From positions 1 to 37,650 of the IMG/VR virus record IMGVR_UViG_3300014208_001430: 37,650 bases of DNA; one strand, given 5' to 3'. Below the pieces are notes generated by a model. That model saw only the letters and a list, made by a program, of their open reading frames with translations, searched no databases and had not been told where the DNA came from. Position 1 is the stretch's first letter. Each line of letters starts with the position of its first letter. Origin of the DNA: a virus (Duplodnaviria; Caudoviricetes). Below, piece by piece: positions 34,972 through 37,650 of this stretch. The translations under genes were made by a program, and so were the position numbers.

Positions 34972-35724
34972 TTACCGTGGCTGATATTGCCGCTCTTCGT
35001 CGTAAACCTCGCATCGGACATCCTCCTTGACCTTTTCGCTGGCCATCGTCATCTTTGCCGCCAATGCCGCTTTCGCATTTTTAATTTTCTCCAAATCAAA
35101 AATAAATTTTGGGTTTTCTTCTTTCTTTGTATTTATCTTCTTAATAGGGTTCTTCTTCGTTGCTGTTTCAGCTACCCCTTGAGTGCTGTTTTGGACACCC
35201 CTTTGATCATTTTCAGCTACCCCTTTTTGAAGTTTTCCACCCACTTCTCCACCGGTTATCCCGAGGGGTGCTATTTCAGCCACCCCTTGGGCATTTTCTG
35301 ACTGATTTTTACCCTCCGTTTTTACTGATTTTTTGCCAATTTCTCCTTTATTTTCCTCAAGGGGTGCTGTTCTGGACACCCCTTTTGAAAAGTAGTCGGC
35401 GTTCATTTTCCATAGGTCATTGACAGTGTAAACATTGACTTCCTGTGTCCCACCTCTGGTAATCACTTTTCGTTTGCCTTTGTAGGTTATCCATTTGTGA
35501 TCAAGAAGATATTTCAGGGATTTTTTGAGCGCGATTCTTCCGATCCCCAGCTGATTCATCAGGAATTTTTCCGATCCGCTGAATTCGCCGCCCTCGCCGG
35601 CAACCCGTTTCATCTGGGCATAAGTCGCCTGATCGTTGGCAGTGGAATGATTGAGGACGAAATTCGGGATAATCGTAAAGTATTTATGATCCCCGCTCTC
35701 GTCGATGATTTGTAGATTAGCCAT
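34972..35724 (-). CDS. Phage replication initiator (replisome organiser, wHTH)
   Basis: YFTIIPNFVL, LMNQLGIGRIALKKSLKYL...WI, NVYTV; low-complexity linker carrying DNA repeats. Confidence 0.8.
   Translation of the reverse strand: MANLQIIDESGDHKYFTIIPNFVLNHSTANDQATYAQMKRVAGEGGEFSGSEKFLMNQLGIGRIALKKSLKYLLDHKWITYKGKRKVITRGGTQEVNVYTVNDLWKMNADYFSKGVSRTAPLEENKGEIGKKSVKTEGKNQSENAQGVAEIAPLGITGGEVGGKLQKGVAENDQRGVQNSTQGVAETATKKNPIKKINTKKEENPKFIFDLEKIKNAKAALAAKMTMASEKVKEDVRCEVYDEERQYQPR
35161..35387. repeat. Five iteron-like repeats inside the initiator gene (putative replication origin)
   Basis: TGCTGTTTCAGCTACCCCTTG (35161), TGCTGTTTTGGACACCCCTTTG (35184), ATTTTCAGCTACCCCTTTTTG (35209), AGGGGTGCTATTTCAGCCACCCCTTG (35264), AGGGGTGCTGTTCTGGACACCCCTTTTG (35360); AT-rich tract at about 35075-35150. 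Confidence 0.8.
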
Positions 35725-35749
35725 AAGTCGCAGAACTTATTTTTAAACC

Positions 35750-36607
35750 CTATTCGGCGTTGAACTCGCCCACTTTCTTGAACAAAGAAATCAAATCGCC
35801 CTCTCTTTGGATCACAAATTCGTCTTCATTTTCCTTGGTCCAACCATGAGACTTGAGAAATGCCTGGTATTTTTTCAGACCCTCCAATTTTTTCGCCGCG
35901 GCGATCCTTTCTTTCTCGATTTTATCGGCCGCGTCTTTCTGTTCGGCAATAACCCTTTCTCTCGCTTCCTCGGCCATTTTTTGCGCCTCCTGGGCCTTTT
36001 TCCTTTCCTTTTCGACCGCTTCCTTGGCTTTCATTTTTTGAAGCTCCAATTCCTTCTTTCCCCGTTCCTCGGCCTCCCGCCGCGCCTGCTCTCTGGCCTC
36101 GGCAATCCTCCGCTCGTTTTCAATTTTTGTTTTTTCCTCGTTCATCGCTCTTTCTTTCTCCGCGAGATATTGCTCCTTTTTTTGGTTATAAAATTCCTGA
36201 AACTTGCCGTTGTCCATCAGTAAAATCGCTTCATCGTCAATATCAATCCCCATTTCTTTCAACAAGCTTTTTCTTTGCGGCAAAAGCCCGCGCCGCGCAT
36301 TCATTTCTCTTTCCTTGTCAATCGCTTCCTGCTTGGCCTCCAATTCTAACTCCAACGGTTCAATGATTCCCACATACTCTTTTTCTTTCGCAATCACCGC
36401 CTTTTGGAAGGCGATTGCTTCCGCCCTCAATTCTTTGCCGGTCTTTTGGATTTCGCACCTTTTGCTTTTCAAATCCTTGCGAGCGGCGTCAACCGCAACA
36501 TAACCGTCCTCATCTTCAACCCCCCTGATTTTCAATGACCGATATTTTTCCGCCGCCGCGATAAGCTCCGCTTTTTTCGGCGAAAATGCCTCAATGTTTA
36601 ATTCCAT
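35750..36607 (-). CDS. Long coiled-coil phage protein (DUF1351/Gp157-like)
   Basis: ARKDLKSKRCEIQKTGKELRAEA...IIEPLELELEAKQEAID plus E/K/A/R-rich coil. Confidence 0.65.
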   Translation of the reverse strand: MELNIEAFSPKKAELIAAAEKYRSLKIRGVEDEDGYVAVDAARKDLKSKRCEIQKTGKELRAEAIAFQKAVIAKEKEYVGIIEPLELELEAKQEAIDKEREMNARRGLLPQRKSLLKEMGIDIDDEAILLMDNGKFQEFYNQKKEQYLAEKERAMNEEKTKIENERRIAEAREQARREAEERGKKELELQKMKAKEAVEKERKKAQEAQKMAEEARERVIAEQKDAADKIEKERIAAAKKLEGLKKYQAFLKSHGWTKENEDEFVIQREGDLISLFKKVGEFNAE

Positions 36608-36608
36608 G

Positions 36609-36785
36609 TTATTTGCCGTTTAATTTATTAATTTTCTCGCGGGCCCTTTCTCTGGCCGCCATCGCCCGGAATCCGTCGCTAACCTCAATATGCTCCATCG
36701 CGTCCTGCAATATTTCCGGTTTTTTCTGCTTAATAGCTTCATCGGCGACAGTCTGCCAATAATCCCGCTTAAATTCCTTCTTCAT
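36609..36785 (-). CDS. Small hypothetical protein (58 aa, not in ORF track)
   Basis: MKKEFKRDYWQTVADEAIKQKKPEILQDAMEHIEVSDGFRAMAARERAREKINKLNGK fills the gap; stop 1 bp before the next ATG. Confidence 0.6.
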   Translation of the reverse strand: MKKEFKRDYWQTVADEAIKQKKPEILQDAMEHIEVSDGFRAMAARERAREKINKLNGK

Positions 36786-37248
36786 GTTTTTTGCGGCTTT
36801 CTACCCATTCTTTGACCTTTGACTCTGGAAATGAGAAATTTTTCCCTTGCGGCAATAATGCGACTACCTCTCTTTTGAAATCGTGGTAAAAATAAAGAGC
36901 TTGCGCACTGTTGTTCTCACCAAACCAATGCAACAGGATCGATAACGCCAGTTGCGCCGGTCCGCTGCCGCCGTATCCCCAGTTAAATCCATCCGGCGAA
37001 TGGTTGATGAATTTCTGGCTGTCGGCCGGGTCCAATTTAAAGCCTCCAAAGAAAACATTTCTTGAAGGATAATATCCAACAATTTGCCCGAACATTCCGG
37101 TTTCTTCCGGCACGGATTCTTTCAAGCGCAAAGAATTAACCGCTGACATCTTTTTGCCATGATTGCTTCCCCCGCACTCACATTGGCACCTTTTGCTTTT
37201 CGAATGGGCGTAACGATCCGCCCACCCCTTAGAACATTGTATTTCCAT
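36769..37248 (-). CDS. DUF6166-like protein with N-terminal Zn-binding motif
   Basis: NHSPDGFNWGYGGSGPAQLALSIL...FKREVVA; CQCECGGSNHG; start MEIQCSK. Confidence 0.75.
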   Translation of the reverse strand: MEIQCSKGWADRYAHSKSKRCQCECGGSNHGKKMSAVNSLRLKESVPEETGMFGQIVGYYPSRNVFFGGFKLDPADSQKFINHSPDGFNWGYGGSGPAQLALSILLHWFGENNSAQALYFYHDFKREVVALLPQGKNFSFPESKVKEWVESRKKHEEGI

Positions 37249-37317
37249 ATTTTTTGGAGGCGAGGAGGCGGTTGGTGCGCTACTGCACAACCAGCCTCCC
37301 CCTCGTCTGTAGCCCAC

Positions 37318-37650
37318 TTAATTGCTCCTCGTTTCTTCTTCCTCCTCCTCTTCGCCTTCTCCCAACTCTTCATTTGTCGCTATCAGGCAGTTGCCCACAA
37401 TCAGCTCATCGTTGTTCGCGGGATACTCTTTGATCGGATATTGGTCGCGCCAAAACTTCGTGGCTTCTTCATTGATTTTTAAACCGATCAATTTACCTTC
37501 ATCATTTACGACGATCGAGTCTCCATCCGGCATGGGCACTATCTGCACCACTCCGCCAACAATCATTTTCATTTCTTCCAAAGAAAACGATTTTCTGTTT
37601 TTGGGTAAAACATCAATAACTATCCCATCAACGGTATAAAGTTTTGCCAT
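37318..37650 (-). CDS. DUF3846-like protein
   Basis: FSLEEMKMIVGG...IVVNDEGKLIGLKINEEAT...IVGNCLI. Confidence 0.8.
   Translation of the reverse strand: MAKLYTVDGIVIDVLPKNRKSFSLEEMKMIVGGVVQIVPMPDGDSIVVNDEGKLIGLKINEEATKFWRDQYPIKEYPANNDELIVGNCLIATNEELGEGEEEEEEETRSN

Larger units (their letters stand above)
1..37650 (-). mobile_element. Temperate podovirus-like prophage/phage (ends and att sites not visible)
   Basis: Integrase, terminase, portal, capsid, tail and replication genes are collinear on the minus strand; no tape measure or major tail protein recognised. Confidence 0.93.

Noticed and set aside
35161-35387. CRISPR array
   Set aside because: Repeats are degenerate, irregularly spaced and inside a CDS, and no cas genes are present
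2286-37639. Numerous plus-strand ORFs of 60-293 aa (e.g. 5007-5828, 19505-20386, 23305-23913)
   Set aside because: Antisense shadows of convincing minus-strand genes, with F/R/I-rich composition and no motifs

Overview
This window is most of a temperate, short-tailed (podovirus-like) prophage or phage, with nearly all genes on the minus strand. Read from the right end, the modules are: early/replication genes (DUF3846-like, DUF6166-like, replication initiator with internal iterons, HerA/FtsK-type ATPase, ParB); accessory genes (C1 cysteine peptidase-SH3b, Acb2/Tad1-like protein, a tRNA-like RNA, tRNA-Tyr); packaging and head (TerS, TerL, portal, scaffold, N4-gp56-family capsid); tail and ejection proteins ending in a 2,231-aa polyvalent protein; two plus-strand envelope morons; and a tyrosine integrase. 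AT-rich starts with no Shine-Dalgarno sequence suggest a CPR/Patescibacteria-type host (inference). The most unusual signals are: (1) two tail-fibre-like proteins with Sec-type signal peptides and a shared C-x9-C motif; (2) a 143-nt tRNA-like RNA with an expanded anticodon domain and a 6/6 acceptor/T-stem layout; (3) an apparently permuted zeta-toxin-like kinase plus a HEIGH peptidase in the giant putative ejection protein; (4) several highly structured intergenic RNAs, including one leading the integrase. All family assignments come from motif recognition by eye; no searches were run.
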